From assembly GCA_965644295.1 (NCBI GenBank), contig CBFFRP010000475.1, forward strand, positions 1 through 64,000: a stretch of DNA of 64,000 nucleotides, in the 5' to 3' direction. Source of the stretch: Paraphysomonas bandaiensis (lineage: Eukaryota; Protista; Chrysophyceae). Both the position numbers and the translations under genes were made by a program. Under the pieces are notes generated by a model. It had not been told where the DNA came from, made no database searches, and was given only the letters and a program-made list of their open reading frames with translations. Shown one piece after another: positions 12,186-22,800 of this stretch. How positions within the stretch are numbered: position 1 is the first letter of the stretch; the number at the start of each line of letters is the position of its first letter.

Positions 12186-12478
12186 TATTAGAATATGGAC
12201 TGTATCCTAGTATATTCAATGTGGTACTTGAAGACAATGTACGAGAATACAGTGAAGTATGGTGATGTGTAGATGCTGTTATGATATTGAGAAAACTGAA
12301 ATAGTTTGCTCTTTCAAGATATGTTTAGTAGCGAAAGGTCTACAGAAGTAGTGATTTATGCATGGCACAAAACGAGCTTGTGTTGTTTAACACAATTCGT
12401 GTAAACGATATTAATAAATCTATCTAGTCTAACAACTTAATCTCTCTTTGATCTAAGTAAAATGAGCATTTCCCAACA
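12186..12478 (+). repeat. 3' LTR of element A
   Basis: Direct repeat of 7025-7317, preceded by the PPT. Confidence 0.95.
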
Positions 12479-12898
12479 GTTTTGATTCAAACAGTGTCCT
12501 GGATCCAACATCTAGATATATTAGGCACTCAATACCATGAGGATTAGCTTTAATTTATCCTAGGGATAAGGAGCAGTAACGTCCTTCCAAATTTTAAAAC
12601 TCGGGCTTTTCGCCTCGTTTCAAAATATAGAGAGACGATATGGCATCCTTATTATCCATTGTTAAATATAACTGTATTGTAACACGTAGAAACCAGATCA
12701 GAATGTCATGATTGCTTACTTCTTCTGTGTGATATATATTGTGCATAAATAGTATGTGAAGTGTTCGAACATCATTAAAATTCTTTCTTGGAAGTACATT
12801 ATCTTGGAAGAATGTTTAAAACTTACGTAGAGCAAGGTTAACTTAACTGACATGTTCACTTCTAACATGGTAGGTGCAGACTGGATATTTTATGGGGC

Positions 12899-13120
12899 TT
12901 GATATCTTTGTTCGTAAAAGAACGGATGACTACTTGTCGCGAAATTGATGAAGCCATATTTGCAGTGGATCCTCAGGAGGAAGAGAGTTGCCACCTGTAT
13001 AATACTACGAGAAAAAACTTTCGGGTAGGTCTGCTTGTGGTATATAGATCCTTGTTATCAGGTGATGTGGAGCAAGTGAGGGACAAGACACCTCCTCATA
13101 TCTGTCGACGAAACTAGTCG
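12899..13120 (+). mobile_element. Degenerate relic of a different copia family (post-integrase domain)
   Basis: EIDEA...LYNTTRKNFRVGLLVVYRSLLSGDVEQVRDKTPPHI aligns with EIDAL...LYKTTRVVERKGVIVAYRSLVTAGRKHIEHRVPIHV of elements A and B. Confidence 0.65.
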
Positions 13121-13955
13121 ACATATAACACAGCAGTTGACTGGAACGGTTTCATCCTCTACTTTCTCCATCAGTTTGCTCCATAGGCAAGTTGAATAGG
13201 CTCTAAGGGTGGTGATAGATGTAAGATGTACTTATTACAATCATGTATTGAAGATGAATGCACTGTACTGCATATGATTGCAGTGTATTGCAGGAGACAT
13301 AATCTACGGGATATACTGTGCCTCAGTATATAAGAAACATCATGGATGCAGAATCAATTCATACAAGTGTCATTCATACAATAATAAGTTTATATATGCA
13401 TATAAATGCAGTAGGAGAGGTATGACTAAGCAAGTGCGTCAACTCACTCAAGTGATATATACTGTACATACATGTACATACAGTAGCTACTGTACATGAA
13501 AATCTTAAAAATCAAGGAAAAATGATTTATAATTTTTTTTAAAATCGTGTATTTTTTGAAAATCTACTCATTGTACTATCAGTTTCCGCTTTGTGGGAAT
13601 TTTTTGTCAATTAGTCAAAAAATCAGACTTTTTTTCGTTGTTTGTGAAATACACACACACTGTACAGCAGATGGAATTTCCTACTCTGTGTATGTGAATA
13701 GTCAAAAAACATAAGACAACATAAAAAACCTGGATTTTTAATCCTGATGTACAGCAGCAGTACAGGCAGTGTACAGACACATATGGAGATATATGTATGA
13801 CTGATTGCTGATTGTTGCAGCATTATATGCAACGCCACATATCTCATTCACTACATTACATGCAGAGTTCCTACTATCTCATCTCTTTACAGCAATATGC
13901 AGTCTTTTGCAGCTCATATATAGTGAAGTGGAGTGATATATAGTGCTTTTCCGTT

Positions 13956-14968
13956 ATGTCCAGTGCAGTTGACGCAATCAAGGATGTGTTTGGGAGTGTA
14001 TTTGGGTCTGCAGTGTGTGTATACACTGGACAGCCCTTTGGTAAGCATTCATCTATTGTTTTATCTGCCTCACACTCATTTAAACCATAACAGATACCAT
14101 TAAAGTGCGCCTTCAAGTCGCTCCTGCTGAAAATTTCAATACAATTCGATGCATTCAAAGAACGGTGCAGTATGAGGGCATACGAGCACTGTGGAAAGGG
14201 TCCGTCCCGGCATTTATTGGGGCAGTATCCGAAAATGCGACTGCCTTTGCATTAAATGGGCAATTTAATCGCATTCTTGGTTCCGATTCTGACTGGTGTA
14301 GTGAAATAATGCGCCCTTTTGCACTTGGGTCTATGGCAGGATTCTGCACGGCATTTGTCTTGTGTCCACCTGACATAGTTAAATGTAGGCATCAAGTACT
14401 ACGACTATGTGGGACAGATGCCAATACATATAACATTGTGATGGATGTATACCGTAACCAAGGACTACGTGGTTTTTACACAGGTATTTCCTTGCAGGTG
14501 ATGCGCGATATACCATTTTTTGCTTTCTTTTTTGGTACATATGAATACCTATGCCATTCACTGGCTCGAAATAGCTTTCTGAGCGGCAGTGATCCTTGGT
14601 GTGAGTCCGCCAGATACTTGGTATCTGGTGGTGTTGCTGGTCAAATTGCCTGGGTGACCTCGCTGCCGTTCGATACTGTTAAATCTGTCGTCCAAACACA
14701 GGGTTGTTCTCTTGGACCGCACTACCTCACCCCCACAACTGGTAGCTCTACGACATCTGAATTCGTGGGCAATGCTACTTCGATTTCTACTGCAAGTACT
14801 CCTTCACGCTTGAAGTCCTCATTGGAGATAACAAGAGAAATATTCCGGCAATACGGTATCAAAGGATTCTTTCGAGGAGTTGAAATCACAGTTCTGAGGG
14901 CATTTCCAGCAAACGCTGCACTGTTTTGGGGATACGAAGTGTCTAAAAAAATGATGGAAATGTGGTGA
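13956..14968 (+). CDS. Mitochondrial carrier (SLC25, ornithine/carnitine-like); intron 14041-14093
   Basis: Three Px[DE]xx[KR] signatures: PFDTIK (spliced), PPDIVK, PFDTVK. C-terminal LRAFPANAALF. Confidence 0.92.
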
Positions 14969-16302
14969 CCCCATACTGTTTTACGCACCGGTCGATATGA
15001 GTTCCCTGTAGTATATGCTTGTTGTAGATATTCTGAAGTTACACTGCACTACATCAGTTCAGCAGAGTACAATGCGTTATATATAATATAGAATAATGTC
15101 GTAATTTGATATCGTTAACTCTCTGTAGTTAAGTGGCCTGTAGCATCTTGTTCTTCTCCTTGGTGCACTATATCAAGTATCATACGTACTCAAGGCATCC
15201 TAAAAGCTTCCATAGTAGATGAGTTATATGTGAATAAGAAGAGTAATTTATAGGCAATCCAATATATAGGCAAGGCACACAAACATGAGCAATATATATT
15301 AATATAGTGCGAGGCCAAATTTGGCTTCAATAATAATCAGTATATTGTAGCAAGCAAAAATATATAATTGCAATATTTATGCAATATATTGCAATCCAAT
15401 ATATATTTCCCAGGCCCTGCTTTATTTTGCTGTTGTAACATTTACTACTGTAGGGTAAGTGTATATATGTATACTGATATGATCTGATGTATGTTTATAT
15501 ATATACGGCAGATATGGAGAGTTTGTTCCAAGTATGTATATATTATAGTGTGCTTATTATATCAAGTTAATATCTTCTATACGACAGAAACAAATAGTTC
15601 AAAGTTGTTTACTTGTTTCTTTATAATGCTTGGACTCATTCTCATTGGTTATTTCATGGTTATCATGGGTGAAGTAATTATAGACAACGATCAGCGTATG
15701 CGTGCAATGCATCAAACTAGAATTCTTTCTTTTATGGATAAAATATCAGCGATTAGAATATCAGCTTTCAATCATATTAAGAATCAATTCTTTTTCTCTG
15801 TCGATATGGAAAATGGGTACGTTGTATGATGATATCTCTTCTTGTCATCACGTGGTTTAGGGCTGGGACACAGTCAATGCTTTCTATTGGGCGTGCGTTA
15901 CCATAACGACAGGTACTACATATTTAGGCGTCTTCAATTTTAACTTAGTCACATGTAGTTGGATATGGGGATATATCTCCGGAGACCAAAGCTGGAAAGA
16001 GCTTTACAATAGTATACTGCGTTGGTATGGATTCAAATATTGAAGTGTATGTATTTATCACTTTTGTCAGTTGGTTGCGTCCTTATGACGATAGCCTGGA
16101 CGGAGCTGGTGAAGGTACTTCGATTGATATATATATTCTAGCCACTGATGGTGTGTTTGACAGTTTCCGATTGCTATGCGATATAAGCAAAACGAGCTCA
16201 CTGTTATGAATCAATTCGATGAGGACCTTACAGCTGAGGTAATGAATTCGAAGTGACATAGCATCCTCACAGCAGGGTTTTGTATATAGTCTTTCTCAAG
16301 AG
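14894..16302 (+). repeat. Deleted direct duplicate of 21561-24149 (carrier 3' end plus K+ channel pieces)
   Basis: Near-identical blocks: 14894-15126=21561-21793, 15127-15219=22017-22116, ~15418-15846=~22932-23367, ~15850-16302=~23695-24149. Confidence 0.93.
15418..16302 (+). pseudogene. Truncated TPK K+ channel copy
   Basis: Lacks the start exon, has an internal deletion of ~330 bp and has no EF-hand exons relative to 22801-24780. Confidence 0.85.
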
Positions 16303-16489
16303 TACCGCCATGCCCGATGCAGATCTTGACACGTTTGTCCATCTACTGTCCATCTACTGTACTGCTACTGTACTTCTAGAGGTACAGTGGTACAGTATAT
16401 ATATTGGGTTTTACATGTAAAAGAAGGGTATTTAGAATTTAGAATTGAAACGAGTAATCGTCATTATACTACAGCTATATATATATCAT

Positions 16490-16922
16490 CTAGTCATCTT
16501 CTAGGATAAAACGGATGTGAAATCTTCATAAATATACTGTGTACATGATACTCGCTGTAACACAGTTATGTGGGATTCATACCCACGAAAACATACCGTA
16601 ACCTTTCGTTGAGCGCTTCTTCTGGCTTATCTCTACTTTATTAGAAATACTCCTCTTCTCCCCTGTAATAGTTTCTTCATGAATCTTAAATAGCTTCGAA
16701 GATAGCGCTTTCGTGAATATGTCGGCCGCCATGTCTTTAGTTGAAACATATTATATTATTAGCCTGGCTGTATTACGTAAATGTCTTTAGCTTCTCCAGT
16801 GTGCTTGGTAGCTTCACCATCCTCATTAGTCACCAGTGCTTCTTTTCTTCTATCCTCGTCTTTGTTTAGTATCTTGGTGAGTACTTTACATATCGAAGAT
16901 ACTGTTTTTTCGTCTTTGTGAC
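16490..16922 (-). mobile_element. Internally deleted copia fragment (RNase H C-terminus plus 3' UTR); twin of 56669-57093
   Basis: Encodes YVSTKDMAADIFTKALSSKLFKIHEETITGEKRS, homologous to the A/B C-terminus; near-identical inverted copy at 56.7 kb. Confidence 0.85.
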
Positions 16923-17447
16923 AACGTTTCTTTCAGCCTGCCCTTGAACAACAAGACGCAGTCTAGCTCGTTCCTTTATATAGCACAATTACAGTTAGTT
17001 GATGTACATTGAATTTCCAGTTAGTATACTATGAGTCTTCTACTCAATAGTTCCAGTAATATGATGGATTTTTATGCTTAAAAAGTGCACTTTTATACTT
17101 AAAATAAGGGTTTTTTAGAGTTTAAGGCTGTGTAATTTATTTTTCATACTTTTACTAATTTCGAAAAATTACACTCGTTTGCTATGAGATCCTGCGAGGG
17201 AGCTGAATCGAAACTATCCGAAGTATGAAAAATAATTTACACAACTCCAAAAAATTGAGGTTTTAATTTTCATACTTCTTCGGGTTTTACCATTTTTATA
17301 TACTCATAAAACTCTAAATCTGGGTATTTATAGACTGAGAGGTATTTATGATTTATTTTATTGAAAAATCGTCGTTTTTTCACTGATTTTTTCACTTTTC
17401 AATGAAATAAATGATGAACAATCGATGCAAACAACCACCTCCAGCGG

Positions 17448-17584
17448 TCAGCATCTCATTGTTTCGGATATAAATTGAAGCAAATATTCTCTATATTACT
17501 GCAATACAACTACGGCTAGAATACAGATAATTGTTGTCTCAATATTAGAGGCATATTGGAACAAAAATATACGAAGGATGCTGA
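17448..17584. mobile_element. MITE-like family M1, copy 2
   Basis: TCAGCATC...GATGCTGA termini; same body as 5410. Confidence 0.7.
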
Positions 17585-17869
17585 TACTGCTGTTCATATC
17601 TACATGTCCATGTAGCTACATGCATGTTGGTAGGTTGGTTTGTCCATAGTTGGAAAAGGATGCTACTTTAGAGACTCTATAGATGCATATACAAGTAGAC
17701 CAAACATTCGAATATTCTTGTAGTATCTTTGAATATTCTACTAGTTGAACAACACAATTATGATCCACTCATTCAACTTGCGTATCTTTTCTCTGTATAT
17801 TCATATCTATACGATCTCCTTCTATTATCACACACTCAGAGTATCACAATTACACCACAAGATACACAC

Positions 17870-20149
17870 ATGGCAGATGATGTTAGACGAGCTAATGTTC
17901 AGGCGAAATGCCGTATGATTATTGAATGTCTTCAGGAGATACTGAAGAGTGAAGATACAGCGGCTGATGTTCGGCCCCATATCAGTGACGTGATCAACAG
18001 ATGTGATACGATTTTAACTAACTTAAATCCAACAAAAGTTGCTCTCTATGGCGGTACAGGAGTGGGTAAATCGCGATTCATTAATCAGTTACTTCAAGAG
18101 ACTGTTGTTACAGCGGGTGCACAGTCCAAGTCATCCACTTCAGTGGTGAGTGAGATTGTATCTCGGCCAGACATGAAGACATACAAAGCAACAGTGTATT
18201 TCATATCAACCCGAACTATGAAGGAACGCCTTGAATACGCGGCAGAAATGCTGCAGGAGAATCGGTCAAACGAAGGAAATAGCAGACTCAAAGCTATAAT
18301 GACTGTGATAAGGCACTGCTTTTCTAACGACCTTAGCTATGAGAATCCCACTCCACTAACTCCAAACGAAGAAAACCGTGTACTCCTACAGAACATTGGG
18401 CGCCAGCCACTAGTGCTTGAGCGAGACTCCATAAAGGAGTTACGAGAGGCTCTGATGATCTATTCGCATCTACCTGCGAAAAATGCGCCACCCGATCAAT
18501 GGCAGGCCATGACTGTGGACTTTATTCGCATCGAAGGAAACTTCGAACACCTTCCCAGCAATGTGATTGTGGTAGATTCTCCGGGTCTCTTTGATGCGGT
18601 GGACATGAAGTCCCAGCGAGCCCTTGAGGTTGTGGATTCTTGGCAGCAGATTTGGTTCACAAATCGGACATGTAGATTTCTGACTGGGAAACAAGAACAA
18701 CAGGCTTTTCGAGAGTTGTGTGCGACACCATCGCGCATGGAAAAAGTTTCTGCTGTATGTACGCATGCCGATGCTCTGTTGGACGCGGAAGATGACTGTG
18801 GCGAAGAGCCCCGCACACCAGCAGATCTGGACTTCGAAGAGATGGAAGCAACTGCCAGAAACCATATCATTGAAGTCTTATGTAGTGGCGACGCGGGCGA
18901 TGTTCGTAGAGAAGTGCACATACCAGTCGGATTCGTATCGAATGCACGACGTATGGAGGATCGATTCGGCATGGGCTACTGGCGTGGCAGGTTGGGAGAC
19001 CTTGGAGCAATGCAGGGTGAAACTTTAAATGCAATGGAGGACGCGCTGAGTGAAGTCATCGGCATGCTAGAGGCTCTAGGGTTGCAAAATCCTCCACCTA
19101 ATTTCCCGCAGGGCTATTTGGATGATCTGATCCGAAACACCCACGCAGCGATTGGTGCACTCATGGATGATTACGTCGACACGTTTTCCAATCGTGAAAA
19201 TATTTCCCAATTGTCTTGTGATATCCATCGCACTGGTATTTGGGATGTTATTAGATGGAATACTTGGAAAGCTACTATGGACACAGTCCGCAGGGGAATA
19301 TTCGTTTCGACAGGCCAAGCGCGTCGATACATTAATATCAACACTGATATTAGCAGCGCGTGGGTTCGAGCAAAGGATAGAGAAATCCGAGGTCTGACCG
19401 AGCACTTCGCTACATTTAGGAACGAAGTTCGCCACCTGGCGGTTCAGTGGCAAGAAAAGCCAGCAGGATTTGCAAAAAGCCTTCGTATCGATGTTGACCG
19501 CTGGAAGCACCGCACAACTGAAATAATGCGACAGGCGTTCGATGTTGCTACTCTCGCAGATCAGATTCGAAATTGTTTCACTCGCAAGAACGTATATGGA
19601 CCAAGAACGAAAGGTCCAGATGAAGGTGAAATTCGTGAACAGGTGACTCGTCTGCTGCGTAGGCAGCGTGTGTATCGCGACAACCTGCTGAGGGAAGTAG
19701 ACGCATTGCAAGCCGCGATTCTGCGCTACACCCAGCCTGTTCAAGTACTGAATCCAAACACTGTGGCTATCATCACCGGATTGATTGACACTCTTCAACG
19801 TCTTCCCGATCAAGATAAGTTCTATCTCAATGAAGATCGTGTGCCTGTTGACTTCGTTTGCCCACTGACCATGGAAATAATGAACGATCCTGTGTTTGTT
19901 GAGGATGGATGTATATTTGAACGCGATGCTATTATTCGCTATTTTGCTAATCGCCTTGAAGCCCCCTGTCCACTTTGCAGAAGGATTATCCATGTAAATG
20001 ATATCATGCCTCATGACTACCTCAGGCACCGTATCACACTATGGCGGGAGCAGAATCGCATTGAAGAGCTCAGTGAGTGGTGGATCGGTATGTGGGAGGA
20101 TATTGTTGCTCGTCTTCAAGATGCTACAACGGATAATGAGGTCGTGTAG
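17870..20149 (+). CDS. Intronless dynamin-superfamily (NUGGC/SLIP-GC-like) GTPase with C-terminal U-box
   Basis: G1 GGTGVGKS, G2 region SSTSVVSEI, G3 VVDSPGLFD, G4-like CTHAD, long helical region, then U-box VPVDFVCPLTMEIMNDPV...FERDAIIRY...CPLCR. Confidence 0.85.
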   Translation: MADDVRRANVQAKCRMIIECLQEILKSEDTAADVRPHISDVINRCDTILTNLNPTKVALYGGTGVGKSRFINQLLQETVVTAGAQSKSSTSVVSEIVSRPDMKTYKATVYFISTRTMKERLEYAAEMLQENRSNEGNSRLKAIMTVIRHCFSNDLSYENPTPLTPNEENRVLLQNIGRQPLVLERDSIKELREALMIYSHLPAKNAPPDQWQAMTVDFIRIEGNFEHLPSNVIVVDSPGLFDAVDMKSQRALEVVDSWQQIWFTNRTCRFLTGKQEQQAFRELCATPSRMEKVSAVCTHADALLDAEDDCGEEPRTPADLDFEEMEATARNHIIEVLCSGDAGDVRREVHIPVGFVSNARRMEDRFGMGYWRGRLGDLGAMQGETLNAMEDALSEVIGMLEALGLQNPPPNFPQGYLDDLIRNTHAAIGALMDDYVDTFSNRENISQLSCDIHRTGIWDVIRWNTWKATMDTVRRGIFVSTGQARRYININTDISSAWVRAKDREIRGLTEHFATFRNEVRHLAVQWQEKPAGFAKSLRIDVDRWKHRTTEIMRQAFDVATLADQIRNCFTRKNVYGPRTKGPDEGEIREQVTRLLRRQRVYRDNLLREVDALQAAILRYTQPVQVLNPNTVAIITGLIDTLQRLPDQDKFYLNEDRVPVDFVCPLTMEIMNDPVFVEDGCIFERDAIIRYFANRLEAPCPLCRRIIHVNDIMPHDYLRHRITLWREQNRIEELSEWWIGMWEDIVARLQDATTDNEVV

Positions 20150-20437
20150 TCTCGCTGGGTTAAGATTTTGTAGCTTCGAACATCTAAAAGTACTAAGAAA
20201 ACGAAAATAACTGTATAATCAATATAGTATGCATTTATTTATAAGTTGATGGCTATATTTATGATGGTGGGCTACGTGGGCAAGAACCTACCCTATTTAT
20301 GAAAAAGTTAATTAGTTTCTGATGTGTTCTGCCGTTCTATTGTCAGCTGGCAGATTGTTTCTAGAATAGTATATTTGACAAGATTCTCAAAATAATACCC
20401 TGTCTGTGCTATGTATCACAGTTATTGCATCACATAT

Positions 20438-20930
20438 ATTGAAAGTCTTGTTATTAGCAATAGGCGTTAAAAACCTGCACCAACTTAGTAGCTAGATGAA
20501 TGCTAGACAAACTAGTTAGATATCTACCTGTAACTAATCAGTACACACTTTTGTATCCTACTATTTAACGCTACGGAAGCTGCTTGTGCGTCGCCGCAAG
20601 CACCAAGGTGAGTTCTTAAGGTGAACATCCCGGATGCTTGACTTCAGCAGGCAGCCCAATACCCCGGTTACCCTTCAGGTGGGCCCTGTCCCGGATGTCT
20701 TTGAGGTGGGCCCATTCCCGGATGCCTGTTTATTCGTCAGGGCCCAAAGACGTCTACACAAGTGACACTTATTGGTGTCCCTTGTACCACACAAGCATTC
20801 GGCTATGAGTGGGCAGAATAATATCTGCTGACTATGTTTGCGGCTCACGTTAGTTTCCCAGAGAGAATCTCTCTGGTACTTATCCCCCAGAACACCACGA
20901 AAAGGTTCGAGTCCGACTTTGTTGAGGGTA
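20438..20930 (-). mobile_element. Short non-LTR retroposon family R1, full-length copy
   Basis: Homologous to 52122-52613. Flanked by ATCACATAT(AT) at 20429 and 20932 (TSD). Confidence 0.75.
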
Positions 20931-21295
20931 AATCACATATATATGCTGAATCACGAAGTAGGAAGAACAATTCCAATATGTTTATTGATTTCAGTCAAGG
21001 TAATGTTACATCTGAATGACTAATTCTTAAGAAGCGCAACCTTGTGCATTGCCGCAAGCAACCTAACAACTCGCGCGATACTAAGCATAACAGGACTCTC
21101 ATCTAGTTACAATTGTACGCACCGACAAGTGCTCCACTATACAGCACAATTAAGTTAGCTACGAGTCCTTGCGGGTTTAAGCAGGAAAATATGCTCCTGC
21201 CCAATCTATTTGTCCTGACAAAAACAACTTGCGGTCCGTGTCTTCATAATATATCTTCTGTATATGCGACAGATTTTTAGGGCCCTTCAAGCTCC

Positions 21296-21467
21296 ATTCT
21301 GAGCGCGTACTTGGGTAGAGCCGGGTGGGGGTCAGGTGGGAGACTAACTAATACTTGATTAACTCCCATATGTTATTTGCTAGCTACCTATTGAACCCAA
21401 CTATTACACGGTACTTAGCGCTGAATATGCAGTGAGAACCCGTGTGGGGAAGCGCTGAACCAAGTAA
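21296..21467. repeat. Interspersed repeat family R2, copy 1
   Basis: Aligns with 36763-36938 (ATTCTGAGCGC..TTATTTGCTAGCTACCTA..AGCGCTGAATATGCAGTGAGAACCCG). Confidence 0.8.
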
Positions 21468-22800
21468 TTAGTACATAGGCAGAGGTGCGCAGTCGCAACA
21501 CTCAGCAGTACACTCAAGACGGTCAAGCGTAGTGATTAGTTTCGCTGTCAATATGGGGAACTGAGGGCATTTCCAGCAAACGCTGCACTGTTTTGGGGAT
21601 ACGAAGTGTCTAAAAAAATGATGGAAATGTGGTGACCCCGTACTGTTTTACGCACCGGTCGATATGAGTTCCCTGTAGTATATGCTTGTTGTAGATATTC
21701 TGAAGTTACACTGCACTACATCAGTTCAGCAGAGTACAATGCGTTATATATAATATAGAGTAATATCGTAATTTGACATCGTTAACTCTCTGTCTAGCAG
21801 ATATATTGATTCTTTTGCTGGTGGTTCAACATGCATCACCTTGTCAGACCACCATGTATAAATTGTACTCTATAATTATTATATTCCTTCTTATAAGCCA
21901 ATTATACTACCGACATTTATTGATCTTGTGTTGATTAATGCAATACGAAATCAAGTAAAGATATCGTATACTTTTAGTACATATATCCATATATAACACC
22001 ATGCATATATTTCATCAGTTGAGTGGCCTCTAGCCTGTAGCATCTTGTTCTTCTCCTTGGTGCACCATATCAAGTACCATACATACTCAAGGCATCTTAA
22101 AAGCTTCCATAGTAGAACTATGATAAGATTTCATAGTCTATACACTATACAGTTGCCCACAGTGCATAAACAGGCTCTAGGCTACAGTATATATATACAG
22201 GCTATAATAACTGTTACTCTATCTCACAGTTGCATCAGATAATTCTAAAAGTGTTTCTGGACAATGATATATCCTGTTGTCAGATTGTATGGATGATAGT
22301 TGCATAGCTTGCAGAGTCATCGATGCATACATAGAGCAGTTTAAAGGATATATCCTACTTATCTAAATTCTGGGATATATATATGTAAAACACCTACTTT
22401 CCAATTATAGGTAGACCAAAACCCCTGTATTTTGTAAATTTGTCCGACTTGTCGACTGAAATCGTGAGTTTCTAACTTCTCTATAGGAGTATAGGCAATA
22501 CACTGTTTAATGGTGTATATAGCAGTATAGTCACCCAAATTTGATAAGAAAGCTATAGCCAATAGGAGGTCCTTCACGAGGTTTATCCTCATATGAGTGG
22601 TTGATATAATTCGAAGTAGTATGTAAATTTTGTCCTTATATATACACCATATGCCTCCATACATACATACATACATACATAGAGTACCTACTGCCTGTAC
22701 ATACATACATATATATGGGAGTTGCAAGGGTTCCACATTAACTACTTGGAATGCTAGTATATCACCATATCAATAATCTCCTATATTCTAATAATTAATC

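Larger units (their letters stand above)
7025..12478 (+). mobile_element. Full-length Ty1/copia LTR retrotransposon (element A)
   Basis: Two 293-bp LTRs, identical by eye. 5-bp TSD GTTTT (7020-7024, 12479-12483). PBS after the 5' LTR, PPT GAGTGGGAG before the 3' LTR. Domain order Gag-PR-IN-RT-RH. Confidence 0.98.

Noticed and set aside
19076-20029. 317-aa antisense ORF
   Set aside because: Shadow of the GTPase/U-box CDS; no motifs.
20725-20870. Possible hammerhead ribozyme in R1 (minus-strand CTGACGA and GAAAC)
   Set aside because: Could not build stems I and II around the core.
20903-20913. Perfect Pol III B-box GGTTCGAGTCC suggesting a tRNA or tRNA-SINE
   Set aside because: Not conserved in the other copies (GGTGCAAGTCC, TGTGCGAGTCC); no A-box or cloverleaf; opposite to the inferred element orientation.
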